Shown: positions 23,762-38,400, counted from the stretch's first letter. The stretch: DNA of 64,000 nucleotides from the human T2T-CHM13v2.0 reference genome, Homo sapiens (GCF_009914755.1 NC_060932.1); one strand, 5' to 3'. Numbers and translations are program-made. The notes: generated from the sequence alone by a model not told the origin.

Positions 23762-25319
23762 GTAGACTGGTGCAATATATTGCTCGCTCCCCTTCCCATT
23801 ACCTCTGATTATTTAAAGTTGCAAAGTAGTGTTTTATATCAGCCAAAATAAGCTCGTTTTGATGACAAAAGTGCCATCAAATTATTCTCATCCTTCTTGC
23901 TTAGCTATTGGTTTGTAGACTGCAATTAGAACACTTCACACTCAATTAGAAAGCTGAGAAAAATAGGTTTTAAAAAAGAAGTTGGGGTTGCTATGACTTC
24001 CTTGAAAATAACCCTAGACTGTCCATTACAACACGGGAGAAATGGCTTACAGAACCAAGCATCATGAGGTCTGAGGACAGATGTTTGTTAGGTTGTCTTC
24101 ACCATGGCAGCTTACTTTCTTCTCTGAAGTCCCTGGTCTCCTATTAGTGGTGTCTGTGGTGGTGGGTGAGGACTCAGATGGGGGACAAGAGAGCCCTTCC
24201 TTCTTCCTTGTCTGAAAAAAGTTAAGGATGCTCAAATTTGGAACAAAAACTTGTTGAGACCATAAGGCTATTCTGCTTTTTTGCTAACGTTTCATTGAAC
24301 AAATATAAATGGTTTCTATCCTACACTACACTCTGTCCACCTACAATGGTATGTCTGTCTTTCTTTGATCAGTTGAATAATACTTCATCAGAAGTCTCGT
24401 AATGAAGGACTTTCCCCATAATTAGAGCTCAAACTCTAGCATCTTCTCCTATATCTTCTAGCAGGGCTCTCTACACCTCTGTTTTCTAATTTTTAAAAAG
24501 GCAATAACAATATTAAGAACAGCAATATTTACATCACTATGGCTTTGGAGATAAAGTATTTTGCATAAAACACCTAAATCTAACTAAGGACTATTAATCT
24601 CTTATTCCACCAAAATCACCTTTCTCTGACACACATTTCTAAACACCTAATTTATGTAAGTCATGTGCTCTAAAATAACTTTCATTCTATGAAACACATA
24701 ACATTTTGAGGTGGGGATTAGTAATGTAGTTTCCCTTAGATATAATTAATCAAGGATTACTAGAATACTACCCCACAATTTTTGTTCTATTGTGCTACCT
24801 TTCATGTTGAATGAGCACCCTTCCTGGTAAAAGGGTATTTCATTACTTAAAAAGAATAAAGAACTGCTGAAAAGGAGTGGGGAGAGCCAGGGAGCAGGGG
24901 GACTGCAGGCTGGTATGTGTCAGCTGGCAAGAAAGTCAAGAAATAGTGACCAGAGAAATGTATAGTCTGCATGCCTGGTGTTTTTATTACTGCTTTTGGA
25001 TTATCACAAATAATCCTTTTAGAACAAGAATGTCTCACAATAATTTTTGGAAATAGCAAATGATTGATTTAAAGAAGTGGTTCCCTCCACTGCAGTGAAT
25101 TTTTATGGATGAAGGATATAAAATCATAGAGGAAAGGTGATCATTCAGAAAAGGGAAGCAATGGAATTCACCCTGGGAGCCCAGAATGGAGAGACTTCAG
25201 GAGGCAGCCCAGGGCCAGGAATGAGTCACCAGTAAGCCTCTGACACACGCTCAAGCCTTTTTTTTTTTGTCCACACAGCCTTGCTCAGGGCACAGTAGAC
25301 ACGATGTGAACAGGCAGAA

Positions 25320-25515
25320 GATGGAGTCTTAGAACACAGATTTGAGTCCCAACATTCACTGGGTTGTTAACTAAGCACTTGGAACTTAGGTCTCCTCAGA
25401 TTTTAAATAACAACAATATAGTACCTACTTCACATTGTTTTTTGCTGTTGTTTTTTCTGTAAAGAATAAGAGATATAATGAGAAAAGATATTTTGTAAAG
25501 CAGACTATCGCCACA
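25320..25515 (+). mobile_element. MIR fragment
   Basis: tttgagtcccaac...ctcctcagattttaaat...atagtacctacttcaca. Confidence 0.55.
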
Positions 25516-27983
25516 AATGTTAAAGAGTTAACACTCAGAAAGTACTTGAGTGATTTTGTAGAAGGTGGGGGGAGATGAAGGGAGAGGACGGTTGACAACA
25601 CAAACCCACATATGTCTACCGACAATTACTTTATTGCCAAAAGCCAGAAGCATCTCCAGAGTATTAGTCCCTCAGCCTGAAGTTCCCTTCTCCCTAAGTT
25701 TATCATGGTTGCTGATATTCTATGCTAGGAACATTTTCTCAATTTAAACTTGCAGAAAATGTTCAGCATACGTTCTGTGCATTCTATTCATGGGTTTTTA
25801 TTTCCATGAATTTTAAGTGAATGCCATCATTCTGTTGTCTGCTAGGTTACTTCAAAAGCGATTGTCCTATTAAGCAAAAAATTTCCTCTTTTCTCTTCCT
25901 ACATTCCCTCCCATTGTTACAAGGCATTTTCCATATGAGTTGGCCACACAAGAAATATGCCAGGAGATAAAAATTGTCACAGACTTCTTAGTGTGTATTT
26001 TCATTTCTCTTGCTACACATCAGAATGATCATGAAGAACAATTTTCTGGCATCCATATTGGGTGTTTTTCACTGAGACACGTTGAGAACTAAATACACCA
26101 CTAGTTTCTCCATCTGACTGGCAGGCACATGATCACTTACTGTCACATCAGGGAAGATGTAGAATGGGAAGAAACTGGAATAAAAAACAGAACTTTAAGC
26201 CCAGCAGCAGGGTGTTCAGGTTTGTCCAAGTGCTCAATTCAAGACCCAGGAAGCCTTCTTGCTCACTTGCAGAAAAAAACATCTTGATGGTCCTCACTGC
26301 TAATTACCTGACAAAGAACTTGGTGCCGAATGGCATAGCTGAATGCCAGTTACCAGTGGGAGAGTGTCAATGAGGCAGACTGGATCAATATAGCACAAAT
26401 AACTCAACCCAGAATTTAAAACCAAGACTTGGCAGCATTTCTCATCATCCTTGGAAACTTAAAAACACTAGACATCTACTTTTCAGAAAAATTAGACATA
26501 TAGACAAAATTTCATTTTACAGTTTTAGAGATACATAGGTCCCAGGCTCATTACTCTTAATTTAGAAAAATTAACCTGTGGCATAATTTATACTGCGTGA
26601 CTGGTACTTCCATGATGATAAAATAAGAAAAATGAGTTGTTTGGTAAATGAACCTGATTTTTTGAAATTGAGTTTCAAAACGGTACATACTTCAAGCAGT
26701 TCTACAAAAAATATCAATCATTTAGTCAACCTATCCAACTGTTCTTTGCATATCCACGGTTCTAGGCGAAGGTACAACAGAATTGATTAACACATGATCC
26801 CTAGTTGTTCCAGAAAAGGAGGAGGGCCACCTGGACCTGAAGGATGAGGGAATCTCCAGGGTAGAGATGTATGTGAAGTACAGAGAAAACATTCCAGATA
26901 CCAGACAGATCCAGCAGTGAACCATGTCTGCCTCTCACTTGGAACTACTTGCCCCTCCTGTTGTTCCCTATGCAGTTTGCTCATCTGATTGATAAGCTCA
27001 ATCTGTTTGAACATAGCTTAATAAGAGTTACGGGTTTTCAAATTCCACACATTCTAGCACAGTACTCAGGTGTGAGAAAGGAACAATATATGCTGGTAGA
27101 ATGAATAAGTAATGGAATGAGGCACATAAGCCCAACCTCTAATTCTGCTTGGAAGTCATTTAAGGGCAACCTTCAAGTGACCAGTAATTTTAGTAAGAAA
27201 GAGTTCCTGCAAAGCTCTCCAGTTATGGAAAAGTGACACAGTATTCAGTTCTAGGCCAGAGTCTCTTTGAGAGAAACTGGGTCATGGTCTCGAGGAAGTG
27301 GTTATAGATCTTGATGATAGGTAGCCTGTAAGTGCTCTGAGGACAGCATCTGTGCCTAATATATCTGCTCATTGTAGGTGCCACTCTGCTGGCTGTACTG
27401 AATTTAGGATCATGATAGGGGGTGATCCAGTTCTCCGTGGCAGAACCCTTACACAGTGCCAACCTTAAAAAAGAAGAAAAATGAACTCTGTGGGGAAACT
27501 CAAATAAAGCAAAAGAAGTGACATAAAACAATGACACCAAGGAGCCATGTTTTAGCAGAACACACTCTTTAAAAACAGGAAAACCAAAAATAATTATTAT
27601 GGAAAACTTCACACATAAAAAATTAGAAAGACTAGTGTAATGAACTCTCAGGAGCCCTGATAGCTATTGGTCCACTTATGGCCAATATTGTTTTACGTAT
27701 AACCCCTCCCCACCAACAACATATCTTTAAAAAAGTTTTATTGATATATAATAGTTGCACATATTTTGAGGGTACATGGGATATTTTGATACATGTATAC
27801 AATGCATAATGATCGAATCAGAGTGATTAGGATAGCCATCACTTCAAACTATCTTTTCTTTGTGCCGGGAACATTACAATTCTTCTCTTCTAGCTATTTT
27901 GAAATACACAATACATTCTTATTAACAGTCATTTCCCCACCATACTGTCTAGTACTAAATGTATTCCTTCTATCTGACTGTGA

Positions 27984-28139
<156 letters not shown>

Positions 28140-28999
28140 TAACTGTATTTTTATACCTCGTAACCAACTTCTTATCACTGCGCCCCTCATTTTTCACCCT
28201 CTGGTAACCACCATTCTACTCTCTACCTCCAAGAGATCCAGTTTTTTTTTTAGCTCCCATGGATGAGTGAGAACATGTGTTATTTGTCTTTCTGTTTCTG
28301 GCTTATTTCAGTTAACACAGTGACTCCAGTTCCATTCATATTGCTGCAAATGGTGGGTTTTATTCTTTTAATGGTTAAATAATATTCCACTGTGTATATG
28401 TACCACATTTTCTTTATCTATTCATCTGTTGATGGACATTTAGCTCTACTCGATATCTTAGCTATTGTGAATAATGCCGTAATAAATATAGGAGGGCTGA
28501 TATCTCTTTGATATACTGATGTTCTGCCTTTTTAATGTATAAACAGCAGTGGGATTACTGGGTCAATGGCAATTCTATTTTTAGTTTTTTCAAGAAACTC
28601 CATACCATTTTCCATAATGGCTATATTAATTTATATTTCTACCAACAGTGAATAAGAGTTCACTTTTTTACATATCCTTACCAACATGTGTTATGTTTGT
28701 ATTTTTAATAGCAGTCATTCTAACTGAAGTGAGGTAATATCTCATTGTTGTTTTCATTTGCATTTCCCTGATGATTCATTATTTTGAACATTATTTTTTA
28801 CATACTTGGCCATTTGTACATCTTCTTTTGAGAAATGTCTATTCAAGTCTTTCACCCGTTTTAAAATTTGATTATTATGATAATTATTTTGCTATTGAAT
28901 TTTGAGTTCCTTTTATACTCTGGTTCTTAATCCCTGGTTGGATTAATGGTTGGTAACTTTTTTCTCCCATTCTTAAATTGTCTCTTCACTTTGTTAGCT

Positions 29000-29287
29000 T
29001 GTTTGTTTGTTTGAGTCAAGGTCTCACTCTGTTGCCCGGGCTGGGGTGCAGTGGTGCAGTCACAGGTCACTGCAGCCTCAACCTCCCCAGACTCAACTGA
29101 TCCTCCCACCACAGCCTCCTGAGTAGCTGAGACTACAGGCTTGCACCACCATGCCTGGCTATTTTTTGGAGAGACGAGGTTTTGCCATGTTGCTCAGGCT
29201 GGTCTCGAACTCCTAGGCTCCAGCAATCCACCTGCCTCAGCCTCCTAAAGTGTTGGGATTACAGGTGTGAGCCACTGCACCTCACCT
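29000..29287 (-). mobile_element. AluJ
   Basis: Dimeric and diverged, with J-type cactgcagcctcaacctcc and tcctcccacc. Confidence 0.88.
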
Positions 29288-30882
29288 TCTTAATTTTGTG
29301 GATTGTTTCTTTTGCTATGCAGAAGATTTTTAACTTAATTTAATTCTGTTTGTCTATTTTTGCTGTTGTTGCTTGTGCTTTTGAAGTCTTATCCATAAAA
29401 TCTTTGCCCAGACCAGTGTCCTGAAGCATTTCCCCTATGTTTTCTTGTAGTTTCATTATTTCAGGTCTCACATTGAAGTTTTTTATTCATTTTGACTTGA
29501 TTCTTGTATATGGTGAAAGATGGGGCCTAGTTTTATTCTTCTGCATATGGATAACCAGTTTCCCCAGCACCATTTATTAAAGAGACCATCCTTTCCCCAT
29601 TCTGTTTTCTTGGCACCTTTGTGGAAAATTAGTTGGCTGTAAGTGTTTGAATTTATTCCTGAGTTTTCTATTCTGTCCCATTGGTTTATGTGTTTGTTTT
29701 TATGCCAGTACCATGCTGTTTTGGTTACTATAGCTTTATAGCATACTATGAGCTCAGGTTGTATGATGCCTCCAGCTTTGTTCTTTTTGCTTAGGATTGT
29801 TTTAGCTATTTGGTGTCTTTTGTGGTTTCACACAAATTGTAGGATTTTTTGTTGTTGTTATTTCTGTGAAGAATGTCATTGGTATTTTTACAGGGGTTGC
29901 ATTGAATCAGCAGATTGTTTTGGTATATAGATATTTTAATAATATTATTTCTTCCAATCCATGAGCTGGAATAGCTTTTCTTTTACTTTTTATTTTTGGT
30001 TCCCTCTTTAATTTATTTCATCAGTGTTTTATCATTTTCTTTGTAGAAATTACAAATAAAAAGATATGTTGACTTCAGTTTTTGAAACAGTTTGAGTAGA
30101 ATTAGTTAGTTTTAGTTCTTTCTTAAATTTATGGTAGAATTCAGCAGAGAATCCATCAGATCCTATGCTTTCCTTTGAGGGGAGACTTATTATTACTGTA
30201 TCAATTTTGTTATTCATTATTAGACTCTTCAGGTTTTCTGTTTCTCCATGGTTTAATCTTGGTAGGTTGTATGTGTCCAGAAACATCCATTTCTTCTGGG
30301 TTTTCCAATTTATTGGTGTATAGTTGTTCACAGTAGTCAACATATCTTTTTATTTGCAAATATTTCAGTATAGATCTATAAAATATAACTCTTATAATCA
30401 CAATAATGTAATAAATAATATTTTAGGTTAATGCTAACTCTTTATCATGTAAGATATAGCCAGTACTCAAATTTTTCCAATGGTCTCATAATTTATTTTT
30501 AGTTTGTTTATATAGGATTTCAATAAAGTACATACATTGCAATTGGTTGATATGTCTTTGAAACATCCTTTAATTTATAGATTCCTCTTCATCTTTTCCC
30601 CTGCAATGTATTTGTTGACAAAGTGAATTCACTTCTTTTGGCCTGATTTTGATGATTGACTTCCAAAATGTTACTTGGTATGTTCCTTCACCTCCTTTAT
30701 TTACTGTGAGTCAGCATTTAAATCTAGAGATTGAGCAGATTTAGTAAGAATACTTCATGCCATGGTATACTTCCATTGGGAGGCACATATGCCTACTCAT
30801 TTCTTTTTCTGTGGCTAGTGGCCCTTGATAAACATTGCTTAGATTTATTAATTAATCAAAGCAGACTCTTCACTAGGGGTAG

Positions 30883-31238
30883 TGATATGATTTGGCTCTG
30901 TCCCCACCCAAATCTCACCTTGAATTGTAATAATCCCCACGTGTCAAGGTCAGGGCCAGGGGGAGATCATTGAATCATGGGGGCAGTTTCCCCTATACTA
31001 TTCTTGTGGTAGTGAATAAGTCTCACAAGATCTGATGGTTTTATAAATGGGAGTTCCCGTGCACAAGCTGTCTTGCCTGCCACCATGTAAGATGTGCCTT
31101 TGCTTCTCCTTTGCCTTTCATCATGATGGTGAGGCCTCCCTAGTCATGTGGAACTGTGAGTCCATTAAACTTCTTTCCTTTATAAATTACCCAGTCTTGG
31201 GTGTGGATTTATTAGCAGTGTGGGAACAGACTAATACA
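30883..31238 (+). mobile_element. THE1 MaLR solo LTR
   Basis: tgatatgatttggctctgtccccacccaaatctc...cagactaataca, with a perfect 5-bp TSD GGTAG (30878-30882 and 31239-31243). Confidence 0.94.
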
Positions 31239-31773
31239 GGTAGACTATGGCCTTTCAAGACAAAGAAAGATGTAGCTCTGAGGCAGAGGTGAAGGAATTT
31301 GAGCTCCCTCTTCATTAAAGCCTTTCTTGTCTTTCCTGGGAAATCCCTTTCCCATGCTGTTTCCTGAGATGTCTGCCACATAACCTGAGAGAGCTTCAGC
31401 CTGTCTGGTTAATTAAGAATGGCTCTTCTCTTTTTTAGATTTAATATTTGAATCCAAGGAAACAAATGATAGAAATATAACATTATTTGTAATCATATAC
31501 TTAAGATTTACATACACATTTATGTATGTATGTAAATATTACTTATTTACATATTTATAATTTTATACCTTGGCTCTATTGTAACCTTCCAGAATACATC
31601 CAATAATGTTTTGACTCAGTAAATGGCACATGTGGTACAAAACTAAAACTGGCTGATATAGTATTCTCTCAGCCACCAAATGTTTCTGTCCAGGAGCAAT
31701 CATTGTCCAAGATTTTGTATTCTTTCAGACATAGTCTTTGGTTAAACAAGAACTTATGACTATAGTGATTCAC

Positions 31774-31832
<59 letters not shown>

Positions 31833-31842
31833 TGTGTGTGTG
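31774..31842. repeat. Compound (TA)n(CA)n(TA)n(GT)n microsatellite
   Basis: Directly visible. Confidence 0.95.
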
Positions 31843-31932
31843 CCTGTATAATTTATTATCTTCAATTAACAATTATTACTATATTTTATACTCCTGAAAT
31901 TTTCCTTTGCATACATGGTTACAGTTATATTT

Positions 31933-32695
31933 CTTTTTTTAAATTTCAACTTTTATTTTAGATTCAAGGGTACATGTACAGGTTTGTTATATGGGTATAC
32001 TGATTGATGCTGAGGTTTGGGGTACAATTGAACCCATCACTCAGCATAGCACCCAATAGGTAGTTTTTTAACCCTTGCCCCTCATGCCCCCCCTCTCTAG
32101 TAGTCCCCAATGTCTATTGTTCCTATCTTTATGTTTATGTGTGCTCAGTGCTTAGCAGTTCTCACTTATAAGTGAGACCATGCTGTATTTGGTTTTAAGT
32201 TCCTGTGTTAATTTGCTTAGTATAATGGCCTTCAGCTACATCCATGTTGCTGCAATGGTCATGATTTCATTCTTTTTTATGGCTGCCTAGTATTCCATGG
32301 TGCATATATACCACATTTTCTTTAACCAGTTGACCATTGGTGAGCACCTGGGTTGATTCCATGTCTTTGCTATTGTGACTAGAGCTACAATAAACATATG
32401 AGTGCATGTGTCTTTTTGGTAGAACGATTTATTTTCCTTTGTGTATATACCCAGTAATGGGATTGCTGGGTCAAATGGCAGTTCTGCTTTTAGTTCTTTG
32501 AGAAATCTCTAAACTGCTTTCCAGTGGCTGGACTAATTTACATTCCCCCAAACATGTATAAGTGTTCCCTTTTGTCTGCAGTGTCACCAACATCTGTTCT
32601 GTTTTGACTTTTTAATAATAGCCATTCTGACTATTCTTAGATATGAGATAGTATCTCATCACAATTTTGATTTACATTTCTCTGATTATTGATTT
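31933..32695 (-). mobile_element. L1PA15/16-like LINE-1 3' end
   Basis: tttcaacttttattttagattcaagggtacatgtacaggtttg...gatgctgaggtttgggg. Confidence 0.88.
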
Positions 32696-33032
32696 TTATT
32701 ATTAATTTTTTAACATTAGAGATGCTTCAGTTTTCTTATAAAAATAATACTTGATCACTATAAAAATTTAAATAGTATAGAAAAGTGTGAAGAAAAACTG
32801 AAAACCACATGTATTTATATTAATACTACCTAGATACCTTTTGTGAATAGAATTACATAGATAAACTAATGCAATAATTCAATGAAGATATGGTAATAGA
32901 GGTACAATAGAAGTTCAAAATAAATAAGAAACATGTTAGACAGGTTTGTGAAATTCTTCAACTATGGTATCTGATAGGAGTGATGCTGAACAAGGCAGAT
33001 GTTACCGACTAGATGTTAAAAGAAGATTAATT

Positions 33033-33321
33033 GGCCAGGTGAGGTGGCTCACACCTGTAATCCCAGCACTTTGGGAGGCTGAGGTGGGTGGATCACTTGA
33101 CATCAGGAGTTTGAGATCAACCTGTCCAACATGGCAAAACCCCGTCTCTACTAAAAATACAAAAATTAGCCAGGTGTGGTGGCATGTGCCTGTAATCTCA
33201 GCTACTCAGGAGGCTGAGGCAGGAGAATCACTGGAACCCGGGTGGCGGAGGTTGTGGTGAGCCAAGATTGTGCCACTACATTCCAGCCTGGATGACAGAG
33301 TGAGACTCTGTCTCAAAAAAA
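33033..33321 (+). mobile_element. AluSx/Sz
   Basis: Dimeric Alu with TSD aagattaatt (33023-33032 and 33322-33331). Confidence 0.95.
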
Positions 33322-34221
33322 AAGATTAATTAACCTGTGTAAGAAAGAGCCTAGGGAAAATGTAAAATGAGAAAATGTCTTAGACCAGAAAAACTGATGA
33401 ATTCGATGAACCAAAGAGAAATAAGCATGCAACATGAACAGCCAGAAGAAAGTTTTCAGGAACTAGTGGAAGATTACTGATGTGTTATTGAAGGACTCAT
33501 TCAAGAGTAAAGATTATACTACTCTGCACAAGAAGTTTCCAAGTGTCTGTACATCATCCTGTGAAAAATCTGATCATAACTTTAATTTCAAAATCTTGTA
33601 CCATTTTGCATACCTTAAAAGTTATCTAGCTTATCTTTAGTTGAATATTTTCTTTTGGAGAGATTGTATATTTTAAAAAACTGTTTAGAATTTGTGAGCA
33701 TATATTACATGTTTTAAAAGTTATAGTTTCTGAAATAGCCAAAGAAAAGCAGTTGCTTTTCTTCTTAAGCAGTATAGTAAATGATTAGTTGTGATATGTT
33801 TAAAAACTTCTCTGCCTATAGTTTCATGTGCTCATGAAACACTAGTCCTCATTTTATAAACACTGAGGGTTTATTGTGGGCAAGGTACCATACAGAGTAT
33901 TAGAGACAGTGGAGTGATAGATTCAGTTCCTCAGTCAGGAAAGCCTAGAAAGTGTTTGTAGACCGCCCGTCCTGGCTCTGTATCCTCAGTGGAGCCTTTG
34001 GATAGGCATGTGCTCATCCTCAGACATATGCTCCTTCATCTTTGGCCAGGGAGGAGCAGCAGCCATGATCTAGATGACGGCCACAGCAGGCAGCTTCAGA
34101 CTTGGTCCTTGGTGACCTTTGGTTACATCAGCAAGGGGTATATTTTAAAACTTTAACCCCCAATTTCCACTTTTAGATAGCAATTGTCTTTTGAAGGTAT
34201 CGTTAAAAAATCACACTAAAC

Positions 34222-34527
34222 TTTTTTTTTTTTTTTTTTTTTTTGAGGCGGAGTCTCGCTCCGTCGCCCAGGCTGGAGTGCAGTGGCGCGATCTCGGCTC
34301 ACTGCAAGCTCCACCCTCCCGGGTTCAAGCCATTCTCCTGCCTCAGCCTCCCGAGTAGCTGAGACTACAGGCACCCACCAACACGCCCGGTTAATTTTTT
34401 TGTATTTTTAGTAGAGACGGGGTTTCACCGTGTTAGCCAGGATGGTCTCGATCTCCTGACCTCGTGATCCGCCCCTCTCGGTCTCCCAAAGTACTGGGAT
34501 TACAGGCGTCGGCCACCGCTCCCGGCC
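34222..34527 (-). mobile_element. AluY
   Basis: CpG-rich, with Y diagnostics actgcaagctcc, gccattctcc and ccgtgttagccaggatgg. T23 tail and TSD cacactaaac(tttt). Confidence 0.95.
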
Positions 34528-34630
34528 CACACTAAACTTTTATTATGAGAGAAAGTCTTCCAAGATTTGGTTTTGTTTTCTTTAACAATTGCAATCACCA
34601 GATTTTGGAGAAGTCCCTGAGAACAAGCTC

Positions 34631-34725
34631 TGTCTTAATCCATTTGGTGTTGCTTTTACAGAATACCTGAGTCTGTGTTTATAAAGAAATGAGGTTTATT
34701 TGTCTCATGATTCTCGTGGCTGGAA
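34631..34725 (-). mobile_element. MST/MLT1A-type MaLR LTR 3' fragment
   Basis: tgtcttaatccatttggtgttgct...ataaagaaatgaggtttattt. Confidence 0.7.
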
Positions 34726-35252
34726 GGACACCTCTCGGTGTTTACACCTTTGTGTAATCACTCCCTACTGGGTATGGGAGGAACCTAGTGACTTGCTTCT
34801 ACTAATAAAATATGATGGAAAGTACTGGAATATTTATACAAAGTAGACGGAATATTCATTCCAAAATTAGTTTGCAGAAACTTTTAACTATTGCCTTGCT
34901 GGCAGTCTCTCTATCATCTTCTCCACTTGCACACTTTGTTGAAGCAAGTTTCTACGTGGGAGAAACATGCATAGCAAGGAACTGAAAGCAGCCTCTGGTC
35001 CACAACCAGTGAGAACAGATGCCCTTATGGAACTGAATCCTTCAAACAATGATGTGAGTTTGCAAGTGAATCCTTTTTCAGTTTAGCCATCAGGTAAGAC
35101 CACAGACTCTAAACTCAAGTTTGATTGCAGCCAGACCCAGCTAAGCCATGCTCAAACTCCTGCCCCAAAGAAACTGTGAGAAAATAAATATACGTTGGTT
35201 TAGGTTGCTAAGTTTTGTGGTAATTTTACATGCAGCAATAAATAATTAATAC
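34726..35252 (+). mobile_element. MLT1F/G-like MaLR LTR
   Basis: acctttgtgtaatcactccct...acccagctaagccatgctc...ctaagttttgtggtaattt...aataca. Confidence 0.8.
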
Positions 35253-35288
35253 AGGACTGAAGAGCTCCATCCATATTCATTTGGACCT

Positions 35289-35688
35289 TGCTATGGTCTG
35301 AAAATGGTTTGTTTCCACCAAAACTCATGTTTGAGGCTTGGTTCCCCAATGTGGTGGTGTTGGGAGGTGGATCTTTAAGAGGTGATTAGGTCATTAAGGA
35401 TGGATTACTCTCTTCTCAGGAAACTGGGTTAGTTCTTAAGAGAACAGTTTATCCCTGTGAGAGCAAGGTGTTGTTAGGCGAGATTGTGTCCAGTGTCTGC
35501 TCTTTTCTGCACGTGCACACTTCCCCTTCCCCTTCACCATGCTGTGACGCTGAGCAGATGTTGACATCATGCTTCCTGGACTTTCCAGCCACCAGAATCA
35601 TGAGATCATGAGCCAAATAAATCTCTTTTCTTTATAAATTACCCAGCCTTGGGTATTCTGTTACAGCAACACTAAATGGAATAAGACA
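35289..35688 (+). mobile_element. MSTB/C-like MaLR solo LTR
   Basis: tgctatggtctgaa...ccaaaactcatg...ttataaattacccagcc...taagaca, with a perfect TSD GACCT. Confidence 0.88.
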
Positions 35689-36969
35689 GACCTTGTTCTC
35701 AGGAACTTCTCCAAACTGTGATTGCAAGTAGAAGCAGAGCCTGGAACTGTTAAAGAAAGCAGAACCAAAGCCTGGGAGACTTTAATCTCATAATAAAAGT
35801 TTAGTGTGATTTTTAATGGTATTTTCAAAAGATATTGCTGTCTAAAAGCAGAAATTAAGGGTTAAAGTTTGAAAATATGCCCTTTGCAGAGGAAATTCTT
35901 TGTCAGAGTTATTTGAGCTTAAGAAAAAAGCAATAGAAATTTAACAACTGGATGTATAGCCTCAAGACATAGTCAATTGTTACCTAACTGAAACCTTTTT
36001 TTCCCCTTCTAGCAACTCTCCATCAGTTAAATAAAATTAAAAAAAGAAGAAAGTTTAGAGAAATAGTTAACCGCTTTTAGAGTGGTTTGGGGAAACATTT
36101 ATTTTCTGTAATACCTCTATAGGACCTCTGATAAAGTTCTTCATCTTTTATGTTTGTTTGTTTTACACAAGATGAATTTTAACAATGAAATAACATATTC
36201 CCCTGTTGAATGTCCCAAAGAACAAACCTCAAAATGTATTTAATTATTTCTCTACTTCCCTATTTTTTCAATTTTTTTCTGTCTGATGAAGTGATTTGTA
36301 CACCATCTATTTATTAAAGATATTTGATATGTTTACAATAGTAAAACACAAATAAAAGAGGTCATACATGGTAGAAAGAGGAAAACTAATGTATATCCCT
36401 TTACCTTAGATCAATTAGAATTAAATTTAGATATATATTTTCTGATACCCAGGCAAACGGGTGACCATTGAATCACCTCTGCTTACTTGGAATTCCTTAA
36501 GAATAGGGAACATGTTTTATTCATTGCTTTAACCCAGTGTCTGATCCAGCCAGGCACATAGCTTGTATTTGTTGAACAAGGGAATGAGTGAATGAATACA
36601 TAAATAAAATGCATCTCTGATTCCTGTTTCTAAGACTGTCTCCAAGTTTTGACTTCTCCTAAGCTTTTAAAAACTCAGCAGACTGGATAACCAAACTCTA
36701 ATGTTTGAGACATGAAAAATCAAAGGTGAATTGCAAGCTATCCAAAATTTAAAGAAAGAAATTTCTACCATGGCATGGTGTTAGAACTCTTTAGTTGATG
36801 TCAGGGTTACTTTGGGAAGTAACATTTATCTTCATAATCTCACCAATTCTGTCACATATATTTTAGACTCAGCAAAACAGGAGGATGAGCCTCTGTTCAA
36901 TGGGAAAGTGTTTAATTTGCTGCAATTACACAGCTTTAAGATGGAGATATTTAAAATAATAAGGAATAC

Positions 36970-37150
36970 CATTTACTAAGCTCCATCTATTTATGAGACA
37001 CAGAGAAAAAAGGTTTATACTAATGGACTTATTTCATCCATATAGCAAACTTGAAAGTAGATATTATTATACCCATTTTAAAGATGAGGAAACTGAAGTC
37101 AAACAACTAGTAAGAACTTGAACTCAGGTCTATTTTAACGCAAAGTGTGT
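36970..37150 (-). mobile_element. MIR
   Basis: attattatacccattttaaagatgaggaaactgaag. Confidence 0.7.
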
Positions 37151-38189
37151 TTAGAGCCAAAACTAATGACACAGTTTCCTTGATTGAAAAATGTCGTTGA
37201 CCAAATAAAACTTGATGCACAGATTAAAAAACAAACAATGAACAAACGAAAACTAGTTTTTTGTTAGTACAGCTAAGACTGTCAAGCCTTAGTCTAGTTG
37301 CTGTCTCAGCCAGTTCCCTTGCTGTTTAGTTGGTCCTATGGATGTGCCTATCATTTATTATTTGTATTAAGTAATCACTGTACTAAAGAAGATTATGAAT
37401 ACTAAAGAAAAGAAAGGAAAATGCTATTGACTCTGGGATTAATTGAATATCAGCATTTAGGAAAAAATAATCAAAATATTAAATGTATACACAAATAATG
37501 TTATTAATTCATAATAATATGCATTTAATCTTACAGTTAAGTAACTTCTCCTACAGAATCAGACAAATCAATGTCTAAACTTCCTTCACATTTAAAATGT
37601 AAAGGTCCTTTTGAATCAATTTTGGCCACTGGCAGTTAAACACAGCATTGCTATGATGTACTGATTTTCGTAACTTTTACTATTGGCCTTTTTGGCACTA
37701 TTAAAGTTGTCAATATAATTTCTAGGCATATTTCAGATCACAAGGGTTTTATCTATAGTGTCTACTTTGTCAGACTCATAGTCATTTATAGAGTTGAGAG
37801 CATTAACTTTGGATTCATGAAAACTTGTATTTGAATCCAACATCTGCCATTGTGTGAGTTTGATCAACTTTCTTTTCAGTTATGATAGGTTACACTGTGC
37901 TTTGGTATCAAATTACACTTACATTTCAGTGGCTCACACAGCAGGGCTTTATTTTTTCCTCCAGCTGCATGTCCATTCCATGTTCACCACAGTGGTTTTG
38001 CCCATTTTGGGGGTTGGGAAGGCTTCTCAGAGCAACTGACACCCAAACCAAGACTGGAGGTGGAGTGGAGGATTGGGATGTGATGGGAGAAAAGCGTTTC
38101 AGGTAGAAAAACAATGTGAGCAAAGGTCTCAAAAGTTAGAGTTTGGAAATTGTGAAAACTAGTTTTGGAGGCTATAGAGTGACAAAGGC

Positions 38190-38400
38190 TGTATTAAGTT
38201 CTTGATTTATCAAATATTTCTGTGACCTCAACAAATTTACTTCAAACTCTCTGGGTCTCGGTTTCCTCATCAAATGGAGAGAATGATAGCAACATTTTAA
38301 CATCAAATATCCAATGATTAATGAAGGCAATGCATGTGATAATTCCTAACTCATTGCTTGGAACATATTAAATGACAGTTTTTGTGTATTTTGCTTGCCA
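38190..38400 (+). mobile_element. MIR
   Basis: tgtgacctcaacaaatttacttcaaactctctgggtctcggtttcctcatc. Confidence 0.65.

Noticed and set aside
27223-27612. 129-aa ORF, and other 100+ aa ORFs at 15246, 48158, 49080, 50330 and 57190
   Set aside because: No recognisable domains or supporting exon structure. Several overlap L1 or L2 sequence, and their lengths are compatible with chance.
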